A DNA stretch of 63,460 nucleotides, filler included, from Olpidium bornovanus S191 (GCA_017911155.1; 30 parts of 30 records of this genome joined end to end with filler, not necessarily neighbours in it); one strand, 5' to 3'. Counted from the first letter of the whole stretch, positions 29,491-42,243 are shown. Made by a program: numbers and translations. Notes: generated from the letters alone by a model not told the origin.

Positions 29491-29866
29491 ATGTCGGCGG
29501 CTCGAAGTCGGCGACGCGCCGGCTTCGGCCAGCCACCGGCTCCGACGCTGCTGTCTCTAATGCTCGCCGCGGCCGTCCTTCTCGCGTGCGCTGTCGCCGC
29601 GGGGCCTGCCGCCGTCGGCGGTCGCGAGGAGGTGCGTTTCCGAAACGGCGGAGAACGTGAAACCTCTTCGTTTCACGTTCTTTCGACGCCCGGCGCCGCC
29701 GAACCCCTGGCGCCACGCGCGCTGCCGTTTCTGACAGATAGCATGCTGCAGGCCCAGATCCCGGTCGGCGGCCCTGACGAGGACGACCCGGCTCCCGGAA
29801 GCCCGGACTGGTGGTGGCGGTTCGCGACGGTCTGCGTGCTCATCTCTTTGGGAGGCATCTTTGCCG
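29491..29866 (+). CDS. MAM3: CNNM/DUF21 (MAM3-like) membrane protein, first two exons
   Basis: Signal-like LLSLMLAAAVLLACAVAA, an intron (GTGCGT...CTGCAG), then DEDDPAPGSPDWWWRFATVCVLISLGGIFAG|GTAAAT, the start of the DUF21 domain (LV..GG.FAGLT). Confidence 0.75.
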
Positions 29867-30004
29867 GTAAATCGGTTGGGCGAAGCGAAGGCGTGAACTG
29901 CTCCGGGTTGATCGCCGAAGGCGTAAACTGACTCCACTCGCCACGCCCGTTCCGTCGGCCACGCCCGTTCCGTCGGCCACGCCCACCGCCATCACGCGTG
30001 CGCC

Positions 30005-30035
<31 letters not shown>

Positions 30036-30651
30036 TCCATTTTGGCCTTTCTTTACTTCACGCAACCAAACCCCCCGCACCCGCTGCNNNNNNNNNNNNN
30101 NNNNNNNNNNNNNNNNNNNNNNNNNNNNNNNTTAATTAATTAANNNNNNNNNNNNNNNNNNNNNNNNNNNNNNNNNNNNNNNNNNNNCATGAACACCACA
30201 AAGATAGAAGACGAATAGACTCGGATATACTGTTGGGTGGCTGCGGTACTAAGGCGATTTTAGGCCAACAAGATATTCGCTTGGAAGTCCTGCGTAGACG
30301 ATCTGGCGCGACGTTCAGTTCCGCGGGTCTGGTGCACCCCGAGCCGTGTCTGCGCGCGGAGCGGCCCAAGTAAGCGTGATATCAGGTTTACCCCGGGGGT
30401 GTTTTTTTTTTCGGATCTTAGCCAGACCCCCGCCGCTGCTTTCCGGTCGATCTCATATGTTGGACTGTAACTGTGCGCACGACCACAGCAAATGTGCTTG
30501 CCGCACGTAAAAACGCTGTGCTCCGTGCAGAGGGCCTCCCAAAGATGTCTGTCCAACGCAAACGGACAAACCGAAATAACGAGCCACCCCGCGCACATTC
30601 GCGATCCCGCGTCGTCGAAGGCGAACGTCCCGTTCAGAGAAAACCCAGCGC

Positions 30652-31690
30652 TCACAGCTCCAGCGATCGCACAACGCCAGTTACGACCTCCTCAGCGACC
30701 TCGGCCTCCTCCGCCTTCGCCGTGACCTGGACCTCCCACCTCTCCCCGACCGCCCACTCCGACGGAAGCTGCACATGGAGCAAACAGTAGTCCGAAGAAT
30801 TAAGGACCCTGGCTGCCGCGATGATTTCCAGTTCTAAAAGCCAAGTAACAGGGGCGTCGCAGCGTGTCAGCAGCAAGGAAAGACCTCGTCGGTTCTTTTT
30901 GTCACCCCCCTTCACCCAACCTCTCCTCTCCCGCCGACTTCTCTGAGCGCTTTGAAAGCTCACCGACGGTTTGCACAATAAAGAAACCCCTTGCGTTGTT
31001 ACACCGGTCGTCCGCAACCGCCACCTTCCGCCCTATTTCCTTGATCCCGATGTGACGGCGGTCCTTGCTCGACGTCCGACCTTGCGCCTCGCTCGGCATA
31101 GTCTCCCACGCCTCCCCAAACGATTCAACGTCAAACTCGCCCGCGGGCCTCAGAAAATCTAGAGCAGTTAGCGTCGGCACGGCGACGACGAAGCTCGACG
31201 TCCGGTCGTCGGCGGTCCGGAAAGTTGCCTCCGTTTGAATGATCGGGACGAGGGCGCGGTACGGCGATGACGGCGTAACTTCCAGGGCCACCAGGACCTG
31301 CGAAGGCAGAGCGAATTCAGCGGCGTGGAACCGCGGGTTGCGATTTGGGGCCGAAAAGTCGAAGAAGCTTGTCGCGGGCTCGTACGCAGTTCGTCGGTGG
31401 TAGGCTCCCCATATTCACACAGATGCCGACCCCGGAAAGCGACGCTTCGCCACGTTGAGGCGTCGGCGGGTGGATGGTCCGCCACTTCAACTGCGTGGTT
31501 TAGGAATACGCTTTGTTTGGAAGAGGTTCCAAACGAAAAACGCCTCAAAACGTTCGGAGCAAGCAGAATCCAGACCTTGCAGTACGAAGGGGTGACGTTC
31601 CCGACCAGCTTAAGATCCACGATATCCCGCTCGGAAATGTTGGTGCACGAAAACGTGACGACGACGCAATCCGGCTGCGCGTTTTAGGCC
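30652..31690 (-). CDS. AP4E1: AP-4 complex epsilon subunit, C-terminal appendage exons
   Basis: LDFLRPAGEFDVESFGEAWETM...RGFFIVQTV|ELEIIAAARVLNSSDYCLLHVQL...VQVTA* parallels the AP4E1 platform (DFIRPLKISSDDFGKLW...LHIIEIIGNEGLLACQLL....CLLHCRV). GT-AG introns visible. Confidence 0.7.
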
Positions 31691-33132
31691 AAGGGCTTCG
31701 TCAGATTCAGGGTTGTGACGAAAGGAGTTCGTCGGAGTCGGCCGACTTAAGGAATTCACCAAAGTCGGGGGTAATCAAGCATACCCGCGCCAGCTTGTCC
31801 GTAATCACAGAAAGGCCGTGTTTTCTCTAGCCAACCGCAACCAACGTCAGCCGGTCGATCAGCCGTCCCCGCACACCCTGCCCGTATTTTCTACAGCATG
31901 ACGCCCTACATTCGCGGGAGACTTCTGCTGCAATGCTAGGTCACCTATTCCAAAACTTTCAAAAGAATCTCTGCCGTCGACGAAATAAAACGGGTGCCAA
32001 TTTTCTCTTTAATAAGNNNNNNNNNNNNNNNNNNNNNNNNNNNNNNNNNNNNNNNNNNNNTTAATTAATTAANNNNNNNNNNNNNNNNNNNNNNNNNNNN
32101 NNNNNNNNNNNNNNNNCTTCCCTCAACATAAGGAAGGGCTAAGATGTTAACTTCTCACTTGGTGGCAATTCCACTTTGAACAAACGGAACGAGCCGCAAA
32201 TTCTACTCCGTTCTGGTGATGAATCCGAGAAATCATGACCTGTCAGTGCCACTGCACGGTTCTCCGCTTCCATAGAAAGACAACCTATGAGGCAACTCTG
32301 GCGCTCGTCGTCCTGTCACCAAATTTAAGGCCGACTTTCTCGTGTAGAAGTACCGTGCTTTTCCCCTTCAGCACATGCTAGCGGCATTACTGAAGCCTCC
32401 GACTTTTGCTCCTCCTTTCAAACACATTCGCGCGTACAGCGCGCGTCTCCCGCTCCCTTTTTGCCTCTGAGATAGAAAAATCGAAAACATGCCGGCTGAT
32501 CTGATTTCCCGTTCCGCAACTTTCCAATAATTCAGACTCATGTGTTGGTACTAGCCGGGGGCCCAGGTTCCGGATGTGTGCGAAAGCGCCGCTTCTGAGT
32601 AATGAAAGGGACAAAGCGCGGGGTAAGGCTTCGGCGATTTTCCGTCCAGGCTAACAACTTTCCTTTAGAAGGGGGGAAGGGAGTTTCTGCTCGGAGAAGC
32701 CCTCCCAGCGCACTTCGCGGGTATCTGGGAACTCATGACCGTCCTGTTTTTGCCTGGGGGTTTTTTTTCCCCCTTTGTTTTCCGCCGGTCGCCGGTGTGC
32801 GGTGTCTGCAGAAAGTGTCGAAAGAAAACGGCTGTCGAACCCTTTCGCCAATTGCACGCCGAGTTTTCGCGGCCTCCGGCCGAGCCGAGCCGGTCTGACG
32901 GCTCAGATCGACGCGACGCGGGTCGCTTGCGGTCTCTCCGTGCAGCGCAACCGGGAAAAGCGGGAGGGGGGATGGAGAGGCGCGCGGGGGGGGGGGGGGA
33001 GCGCATGTAATTTTTTTTATTTATTGTTTATTTTTTTGTGCCCCCCAGCAGAATTGAAGACATCTTTTTTTTCAAGAAGAGGGAAATAAAAGGGGCGGTC
33101 AAGAAAACCAAACCGGTCGCCAGGCGGGCAGG

Positions 33133-33164
<32 letters not shown>

Positions 33165-33297
33165 CGGCGGCGGGAGCGAGCGAGTTGGCCCTGAGTTGGG
33201 CTAGGGGACCTCCCCTCGTCTCCCCTCCGTCGTCTTAGTACGCAAAACGGAAGCGAAACCGGGCAGGCGAAAAACGCACCGCGGCGCTCCGGATCGA

Positions 33298-34049
33298 ATG
33301 GCGCCGTCGCACGCACTGGGGGCCGGGCCGGCGGAAGGGGCAAGAACCCCGGCCGCCGCTTCGCCACACCCGAACCAGGCCGCTTTCGAGGAGGGCGCGC
33401 TGCTGGCCATGTCGGCGTGGACGGCGCTTCGCGCTGCGGTCGAGAACGAGTGGGGCGGGGTGGACAGCGCCGAGAAGTTCGCGTGGTTTGTCGGCGTGGT
33501 TGGAGACGAGTTTACCCGGAGTGAGTGAGTGGCGCCGAGAGAGCAAGAACCGGACGGCGACGCGCGCTGCCCCTCTTTGCAGCACAATCCCCCCCCGCCC
33601 CCTTCCCCGGCTCTTTCGCGCTCCGCTGGCCCAAAGCCCGGGAAGACCCCGTCTCGGTTTCTCTCAGGCGCCTATGTCTTGCTGACCCTCCTCTGTGACT
33701 TCGCAGGAGGAAGCCAGCTGGACGTTGACGAGGTGGAAGATATCCTGGAGCAGATAATGCTCGACGAATTCCACGCCGTCCTGGAGGACGACAGCGCACA
33801 CCTGGTAGGAGATTCACCACGTGCGCGCCTTTCGGCCGCAAGCTGGCGGACTGCCCCCCTCCGCCCACAAAAGGACTCTTTTTGACCGCGACGCCTATCC
33901 ATCACCGAAAGGTCGCGAAAACGCTTGTGCAACTTTACAGAGAATGCGTCCAAGGTCGGCGGGACGTCCTCGCCAGGCTGCGGCAGCAGGTCCCGCAGCA
34001 GCTGGCGCGTGCTGAGGCGGTGTGCGCGCGCGCGCCGGTCGGCGGCGAA

Positions 34050-34087
<38 letters not shown>

Positions 34088-34339
34088 ACCTGGAGACGCC
34101 CAGAGAGAAGTCGAGGCGGTGGACGGGCCTACCGCCATGGACGTCGACAGGTAACCTCCCTTGCGCATCCGCACGAAAAAATGCCCGCGTCTCTTGCTTT
34201 ACCGTTAATACGTGATCCTTGCACCTGCAGCTCAGATAAGGTGCGGCCGCCTGAGCAGCTGGCGAGACGCGTGGTAGATGAGGACGGCTTTGAACTCGTC
34301 ACGAGGCGTTGGCGGCGAGGAACTGGTGCGAGGCATTAG
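33298..34339 (+). CDS. TSR2: Pre-rRNA-processing protein TSR2 (4 exons, complete)
   Basis: FEEGALLAMSAWTALRAAVENEWGGVDSAEK (WGG motif)|DEVEDILEQIMLDEFHAVLEDDSAHL|VAKTLVQLYREC...acidic tract|VDEDGFELVTRR. Introns at about 33521-33706, 33805-33911 and 34152-34230. Confidence 0.95.
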
Positions 34340-35114
34340 AGGGGCTTAGTCGCGGTCGGAAACACGCAGAACCCCATTTGTACATATATCTGTCGAATGC
34401 CTCTGATGCGGCTGGTGACGTATTACTTATCCGACGGCTTGTTGGAATCTTGTCCATTGCTTACACATCTCGTGCTCTGGCTCCTGTCAGAGAAATGTAT
34501 ACCACGCCCGGAGAAAGAACTTGCTGTCATTTTTGGACATGTGANNNNNNNNNNNNNNNNNNNNNNNNNNNNNNNNNNNNNNNNNNNNTTAATTAATTAA
34601 NNNNNNNNNNNNNNNNNNNNNNNNNNNNNNNNNNNNNNNNNNNNAAAAATAAAAAATAAAAAGAAACAAAAAAAAAAAAAAAAAAAGAAAATCCGCCTCC
34701 GCAAAGCGATTAGGCGCACGAACGCAACCCGCGCACCACACGAACACACACGCACACACCCCGCACCGGCACCCCTCCCCTTTGCTGCACCTCGGCCGCG
34801 CCGCGCGTCCGACGGTACGAAAGCCCAGGCCCTCCCCTCCCCCGTCCCCGCCTCGCTTCTCCTCGCCTCGCCTCGCGCAGCGCGCCGACCGGGCGCTGCA
34901 TTGCCCCCGCTCCCGTCTTTTTGCTCTGGGCGCGAAGTTCCCGCCCAGCGCTTCCGGTGGCAGCGTCGTCCCTTTCCTCTATTTACCCCGCCACCCCAAA
35001 CCCCCTCCCCCTCTCTCTTTCTCGAATCGAGGCTTGACCTCCTTTTTGTTTTCGCCTTTTCACCCGCTCCCAGAAGCCCACCCGAAGAGAAAAGTCGCGC
35101 GACTCAAGTCCAAA

Positions 35115-35566
35115 ATGGGAGGTGGCGGCGGTGGAAAAAACCCGGACGTTTACCAGGGGCGTAAATTGGGGGGGGGGGGGGGGGAAACGGGCCTTTCGTC
35201 GCCGCTTTTATTTAACAGAATGAAGGAGCGGAGCCGTCGCTTTTTTCTGTCCGGTTACCTCACTTTGCCGTCTCCGCACCTTTCACCCCCACTTCCTTTT
35301 CTTTTTGTCAGGGTTGGTGGGGCAACATCGGAGGTCCCAAACAGAAGTACATCGCGACGTATATGATCTCGCCCTACGAGCAGCGCGTCTGCGCCGACGT
35401 TTTGCACCGCGCAGTCTTCAACACCTTCCGCCGCACCATGGCGCAGGTCCCTTTCATGCTCCCCGGCCTAACCTGGTTATTTGGCTCGATCGCCTACCTC
35501 GAGTATCGCAAAAAGAAAGATAACTCCAAGGCCGGCCGCGCGGCGGCCGGCGGCGGTCATCACTAG
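35115..35566 (+). CDS. QCR8: Cytochrome b-c1 complex subunit 8
   Basis: GWWGNIGGPKQKYIATYMISPYEQR...HRAVFNTFRRTMAQV...SKAGR matches yeast [25 protein letters not shown]...HNAVFNSFRR...SKAGR. The exon-1 donor position is ambiguous. Confidence 0.93.
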
Positions 35567-36142
35567 GCGGAAGAACACGAGGAAAGAGGGAGAACGGCGT
35601 CAGGAGGACTTTGGCAACAACTGAACTCCTTGCTCGGTCTTGGGACGTCCTCCGGCAAACAGTGCTGCCCCGCTCGTTTCGGGAAACGCGCCGGAAATGA
35701 CCCACCGGCGGGTCCAGTATTTCTAGTTCCCCCTCCCCCCCCTCCTTCCGTCATTCGAACGTTTTTCGCCTGTTAGAACGGAATTGAGGCCGATTAGTTC
35801 ACTTGACTGCGATTTATGCAACGACGTGGGGTTGGTGCTGGTTTGCGTATTTTGGGATTTTGATTGTACAGGAGGTTTTGAATATGGCCTGTGACTGCTG
35901 CTGGCACTGTAGTATATTGTGTTTCTGTCTGCCACGTCACTTTCTATCTACTCACCACGTATTTTTTTTTTGTTTTTTCTGTACACCCAAACGTATTCTT
36001 TTGGTATTGCTTTGTGTTTCTGCCACCACACCTTGCCCCTTGGATTCGGTGCCACAGGCTATCGCGTGCATTTCAATTCCGTTATAAAATGATTAATATC
36101 TTTATAGTGGTACGAGTCCATTTACTAGGCGCGAGCGCCCTC

Positions 36143-38025
36143 TCAAAACTGGCTGACCCTTTTCAGTCCGAGATCACCGAACACCTTTCTCGCTTTCCTT
36201 GCTCCATCGCCAGACTTGGCGAACATGTCCGCAACGTTACCCCCTCCGGCGGTCCCCCACTCCGCCGCTTTCTCGTAGTCCGACCAAGTGACCTTGACCG
36301 CGCTTTGTTCGAGCAGACGTTCGGCGGTCATCCACGAGAAACGAATGAGGCTTGGGTAGCCGAACACGGGGTCTACGTTCGACTTCAGCCACGCAACGGT
36401 GCTGGGATCTGTCGGAGTTGACCCCGTGTGATGACGTTTAGACCAGCGGCAAAAAAAAAGAAAAAGATAAGGAAAAAAAAATGAAAAGAAAAGGAAAGGT
36501 AAGGAAAGCAAAAAAAAAAAAAAAAAAAAAAAAAAGGAAAAACAACGGCCGTAGACGTGACCAAGGTGGGCCTCGGCATCCGACGCCTTCCCACGTACCG
36601 CTCGGATACCCCGACCCGAAACCCGTGGAGAACTTCTCCGGCGGCGGAGAGGCCTCCGCGCGGCCGGCCGCCGCGCCACCCGGACTTTCGGCGCCCCGCG
36701 GCGGTCGACGGTCTTCCTCGAAGATCCAGTTCCGAAGGACCTCGTCCCTGGTTACCTTGGCGGCGATGCTTGCGGCGGACACGACGGGGTACTTGGCGTC
36801 CGCCTTTTTCGCGACCGTGACCCGCACGCCGGGGAACGTCGCCGACAGTTTTGCTTGGTAGGACTCCGGCCCGCCGACGGTGTCCACGTATATCTGAGGG
36901 CGACAGTATCGTTTTAGGTTTCCCTGAAGGTTTTTCCCGTTCCCCCACCGGCCCCCCGGCCCCCCCCTCCCCTCTTCGGCCCTTCCATGGACCGGGGCGC
37001 CGCCGATGAAAATTCAGTAAACATCACCGAAAGTGACGCATACCTCGGCGACATTCAGTCCTGACACCAGCGCATCCCGGATGAGTTCGATGGTCGCGTT
37101 GTGCGCAATGAGGTTGAGATTGCACTTGCTCCGCCGCAGCATGGACTCGGATATGTCCTGAGGGACCAGCGCCCTCGTCGCGTACCCGATGTACGAGGCG
37201 GCGTGTTCTTTAATGACCCCGAATAGGGAACTCCGCTGTTCTTCCTTCAAAATCTTGGAGTCTGATTGGCGTGATCGGGCAAGTTCGGTCAGATCACCAC
37301 AGTCGAAGGTCCACCGGGATCCGACTTTTCCGCCTCAAAGCTCAGAGGGTTCCGCCGCTGACCGAGCGGCCACCGGACTTGCGCGGAGAATATTAAAACC
37401 ACGATAGTCAAATTCCCACACCTGCGAAACCCAGCCGAGCGAGGTCCTCCATGCGTGACACCGGACAATAGCACATGCCGTATACCATGGGCCCTGGGTC
37501 CGCCATCGCGAACGGAAACAACGTGAACCGGCGGTGGTCGTGATCAGGGGAAAAAAAAACACTCCCGCCGGCGCTCTGTTTTGGCGATCGAGCGTGTTTG
37601 ATCAAAAGAAGCGTAGCGGGCGCGCTCGCGCCATCCTCCTCCGCCCCGACGTTCAAACCGTCCCCCCCCCCCACCACCACCACCACAACCACCAAAACGC
37701 GAGCAGACGGCGAAAATGCCCGCGCACCCAAGACCGGGCCCCGCCCGGCCTCGTCGACGCCGACGGCGCACGGGACATTCCCCGAGCATTCTGGCGGTAT
37801 CCGCGACCGGCTCGTGAAAGAACGCTTCGGCGGCGACCCTGGGGGCGGCCCGTCGTAGAACGCGAGGGCCGCGGCAGCGATCGCCGCGGAGCCGCCGCCC
37901 GGAGCGGCCGCCGCCGGCGTCGTTTCGGTTCCTGGGCCGTCCGCGCGGCCGGCGCCGCCCTCGCCGCGCGCGGCGGTCGCGGTCGTCAGGCTCGGCCCGG
38001 CGGCGGTGGCGGCGGCGATCGGCAT
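36143..38025 (-). CDS. RNH201: Ribonuclease H2 catalytic subunit A (multi-exon, complete)
   Basis: [15 protein letters not shown]|PMVYG..Y...DSK.L...YVDTVG...[21 protein letters not shown]...GSGYPS|DP.T..WL....[15 protein letters not shown]. Confidence 0.97.
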
Positions 38026-38687
38026 GGCGGGAATTTTTTTTTTTTCCCTCTCTCTTTTGTATTTGCAGAAGCGAAAAAATGCAGGCGTGCGGGCAATTGT
38101 GCGTTCTTCTCTGGCACCGCGGGCTTTTTGCGCGCGCGGCACTCGGCGACCCATTTGCCGGGCGAGCGCAATTGTTGTTGCATTCTCCGCCGGTCACTCG
38201 GGATGTGTGTGCCTTGTGTCTTGTGCCCCTCGCGGGGGGTGGGAATCACGCGCGAAACGGTTCACTGTCGCCCCCCTTCTATATTTTGGTCTTTCCGCAC
38301 GCAATAATCTCCGCAGGCCGCGGGAAAAAAAAAAGAAACCGCCGAAATCGCAAAACCAACACCAGCGCGTCTGCCGTCTGGTGAATCTGCACTGCTGTAC
38401 GCTTCGACTTGCAAGGCTGCCCAAAGCTCCGATACCAATTCTTCAGGCAAACGGTGATTTTTTGACCATGTATGGTTTCGTGGCCGTGCGGGCTCACTTG
38501 CAATATGGAAGCTCGGACCGGTGTCTAACTGACCCGGCAGCGCAGGCGCTGATGTAGTGTTATTGAACTGTCCGTTCGTTGGCGTGCNNNNNNNNNNNNN
38601 NNNNNNNNNNNNNNNNNNNNNNNNNNNNNNNTTAATTAATTAANNNNNNNNNNNNNNNNNNNNNNNNNNNNNNNNNNNNNNNNNNNN

Positions 38688-39092
38688 CATGGAAAGCGCC
38701 ATTTTTGGTGATCCGCCGGAGATTCCAGTACAGCAGCGTCTACTCGTTCTGGTATCCATTCGCCACTAACTTCCTGAATACCTTGTTCTGTTTACTTTTT
38801 CCTTTCCTGATTTGCCCTTTAATGCCGGCTAGGTAGTCCACACATCCCGCAGTATAAGCCTGTTTCCGGCAAAATGCGGCTAACTCCGGGTGCTCCTATC
38901 CCGGATAAGCTGGAGTATAACCGGTACTCGCCCATACTGTGCGTCAGCGTTTGGGAGCAAGCGTATGTCCCAGATTATGGCGTAAACGGTCGCGAGCAGT
39001 ACCTCGACAATTTCTGGAAGGCCGTCGATTGGAGGAAGGTGGCAAGGAATCTCTCAACCGACTGCACAGTTACGGCGCAAGCAATGGCATAA
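38688..39092 (+). CDS. Fe/Mn-SOD-fold protein lacking metal ligands, probably mitoribosomal mS42/mS43; C-terminal fragment
   Basis: PILCVSVWEQAYVPDYGVNGREQYLDNFWKAVDW: SOD C-terminal fold, but DVWEHAY has become SVWEQAY. DYG..G..YL..W..I/VDW is typical of fungal Rsm26/Mrp1. Confidence 0.75.
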
Positions 39093-40569
39093 CAGAGGCG
39101 TTTACTTGGGTTGGTACGCCCAGTTTCTGCATCCGCAATTCACCAAAAAGTGGTGCTTCGGCTTCAATTGTTTGGGTTGGGGGTGGGGGGTGGGGAGGGG
39201 GCGGGGGTGGGGGGTGGGGAGGTTAATCAAATGCGGGTCCTTGCATGATAACTCTGGATCGAATCTGATAATGGAAGTCTGCTGGCGTACTTGGCAAAAC
39301 CGACCGCAACGCCGAACACAATGCCGAGAGCGGACTGTTATTTTCTAACCAGGTCCACGGATGAAAAAAAGAAAAACGTGTCATGCACGTGGACAAGGTG
39401 CTGTTATTGCGGCCGCACGTTGCCACAGATGGTCCGATTGCGACGCACTGGTGTAACTTATGACATGGTCGGCAAGGGCTGAATTTGTGTGGGGATGCGC
39501 TCACGCCGTTCGGGCGGAGCCAACCTTCAATGTGACGTGGCACAACGGCGTTATAGAGCCAGTTACAACTCTGGGAAAAGTCTTATGTGGCAAAGGGCGC
39601 CGGGACCATCTGCCGTGACCCTTTTGTTATTATCGGGTGGGTGCCAGGTGCAGATTAGATTGCTGAGGATCCGACGCTTAGTGGGCTCTATCTGGGAAAC
39701 GCGGCGCGAGATGGGTGACGGGGAGACCAGGATTCTGCCCGTTTTTCATACATCGACTCTATGTAAATGGTCTCGCCTGCGTCCGCCTTCCCTCCCTGGC
39801 AGCGCGGATGCCGTGCTCATTGCCCCCTTTTTCCCCCGGGGCCCCCTGCTCAGAGACCCAGGGCGAAAATCCTCCCCGTCCTTTTGGCAGAACCCAGGAT
39901 TCCGGATGCGATACCCGCAATGCGGATAGTTCCATTTTTCATCCGGATTCGTCTGATTCTGCCTTCCGCGATGCAACTTGCTGCAACCGCCTTTTCTCTT
40001 CCTGCCGCGGGTGACTGGGGGCGAACTCCCAACACTAAAGAGTCAAACCCAGCCAGACACCCCCCCTTCTTCTCATACGGCCCTGATCCCCAAGCGGGCT
40101 GGCGGTTGAGCGGAGAGGGCCCCCGCCGGCACCACCTGTGTACCGGAGTTTCAATAGCCGCCCTTGCTTTGATGAGAGTCCGCGGTTAGCAGCGCAATTT
40201 CTACTGCGTCACGCCGCAACCGTCCGACAGTTATGACCCGTCGAACCTCATTCCGAGGTCCCTGTTGCAGCCGGAGGAAGCAGCCAAAATTCCGATAGTA
40301 AAGTAGTATTTCCAGTGACGAGTAGATGCTTCCACTCAAAACAAAAGGTGCATTAGAACGTTTACAATCTCCGCGGACTGACCGAAAAAAAAAAAAAAAA
40401 AAAAAAAGGCTTCCCTCCTGTGGCGCCTCCGACCCCGGAGATTCGGGGCGCACCCGGCGTTTTCGAGGACCGCCCTTCGCCCAGTTTTGCGCCGCTGTGG
40501 TAGCCCCCAAACCTTCCAGAAGCTCGAATTGATTGTTTCTTAGATCTGCTGCAAATGCATTACAGCAAC

Positions 40570-40712
40570 GACAACGAGTCTATGGAAACATCCCGGAGAC
40601 TGCAAAGATTGCCGCAAACTGGTTCTGTCATGGAGTATACCGCCCAGTTCAACATATACAATTCCCTTCTTGAAGGTGCTTTGATCTTAAGGGCGTCAAC
40701 AACACAATACTT
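40570..40712 (+). pseudogene. Short Gypsy gag remnant
   Basis: RRLQRLPQTGSVMEYTAQFN matches the retrotransposon gag motif L..L.QTGSV.EY...F. Confidence 0.55.
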
Positions 40713-40714
40713 TG

Positions 40715-40742
40715 ATAACCTGGCAGATTGCTGCCAGGTTAT
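40715..40742. repeat. Perfect 12-bp inverted repeat (hairpin)
   Basis: ATAACCTGGCAG-ATTG-CTGCCAGGTTAT. The left arm, loop and part of the right arm recur at 41737-41759. Confidence 0.9.
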
Positions 40743-40788
40743 TGCAGCGATGAAATTGAGTGAAAGTCGCTCCAATCGGTCACATAAG

Positions 40789-41517
40789 TCACTTACTTCC
40801 CCTCGGCGAGGCCCAGTTGAGAACGCCGGCACGTCGCTGGACGGTCTCGCTACGTTCGCAGCGACTTTGAACCACGGACGGCCTGGGCGCTTCTTCGACC
40901 CGTCGGACGACCCGAGTTACTTTTGCCGTATTCCGGATCACCTCCGAGACCCATAGCCAGTCTGCTGTAAGGGCATCCCCCTCCCTCAAGGTCTTGGCTG
41001 CCTCGCGCCGGATCGCCGTCGGCATCGCGCGCAACAGCCACACCGTTTTCTCCACAAAATAGGCATGTTCAGTTGCGTCGAGGTCACCGTACCGCCGGTC
41101 GAACCCCCGCAAAATGTCATCAGGATCCTCTCGTTCCTTGGGCCCGTCGATCCACGCCACGAAGCGTTCGACTGTCACCCGCGTCTCGTCAAACCGCTGG
41201 AAGGCTTCGCGCAGCCTTTTCTTCGCCCGCACCCACGTCATCCCCATCGCTAATTCGCGGACCTGTTCGTCAAAATCTTTGTGTACCGTCAGTTTGAACT
41301 GCGGCACGACGTCCGCGTCCGCCCAGCGAAGCGGCTTCATAGCCACTTCGAACCGCCGCAGGTACTCTGTAATGTTACGTCGGTCGAAGCGCCCTTCCGT
41401 AGCAACAAATGCTTGTATCGCCCCCCGAATCTCCGAGGGGCGCATCTGGATAACCAGGTGACGCACCCCAACATCGCCCATCGCGTCGACCGTTTCGGCC
41501 CTCGGTCTCACCGTCAT
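40789..41517 (-). mobile_element. LTR-retrotransposon Gag (family A, copy 2), open ORF without adjacent pol
   Basis: EGRFDRRNITEYLRRF...TWVRAKKRLREAFQRFDETRVTVERFVAWIDGP...ILRGFDRRYGDL...LTADWLWVSEVI is homologous to 12238-12692. Confidence 0.8.
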
Positions 41518-42105
41518 CGATCGCCGCTCTCGGCGCAGACTACCCTTGTTACTTTTCGGTCTTACCCGCACTCCTGCCCGGGAGCGCCAGTTTGTCGAGA
41601 TCGGAACGCCTTGGTGGAGCCCTCTCGTCGTCGGGGAGAGTAGGGCGAAGGACGATCGATGGGACAGAGGATAGGATGGCAGGCTGCGGAACCGTACCCG
41701 CTGGGGGCTTGCGCGTAACAGGGAGGGGTCCCTCCCTGATAACCCTGGCAGATTGCTGCGGCCCCAGGGAATCTGGATGGCCTGGACGTTTGTCAACGCG
41801 CGGCACTACAGTTCGATGCCGCCACCCGCCAAAACTCGGTATGGTCACCAAGACTCGGTATCGATGCAGTAGAGGGCGGCATCAAAGGGAGGACGTGCGG
41901 TGTCGATATGGGAAGGTATCGATATCGATAAAGAGCGATCCACTGCAAATGAGGGCTCACTCTACAACCCAGTCAACTTCGGAGCTCAGGGTGAAAATAG
42001 TGGCGCCCACACGATAAAAGTTCTAGAGGTTCAACCACGCGGCCTGTGACTAGATCCCGCTAGATCCCTTCGCAATGGCACTTCTTCTGCAGCTGGAAAA
42101 AATTA

Positions 42106-42243
42106 TACGAGTTACTCTCGCTTGATTATTTTGCAACGAGAACAAGGCCAGAAATGCCATCACAGGCCCCTCGCTTCACGGCCAATCCATCCCCTGCGCA
42201 TTGAAATACGCACAAGCGAATTCTCCGCTATATCAGAGGGACT
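42106..42243 (+). pseudogene. Copia RT C-terminal remnant
   Basis: YELLSLDYFATRTRPEM...RFTANPSPAH*NTHKRILRYIRGT is a decayed version of the segment at 55709-55470. Confidence 0.75.

Noticed and set aside
38874-39092. Active Mn/Fe superoxide dismutase
   Set aside because: The metal-binding Asp and His of DxWEH are replaced by Ser and Gln.
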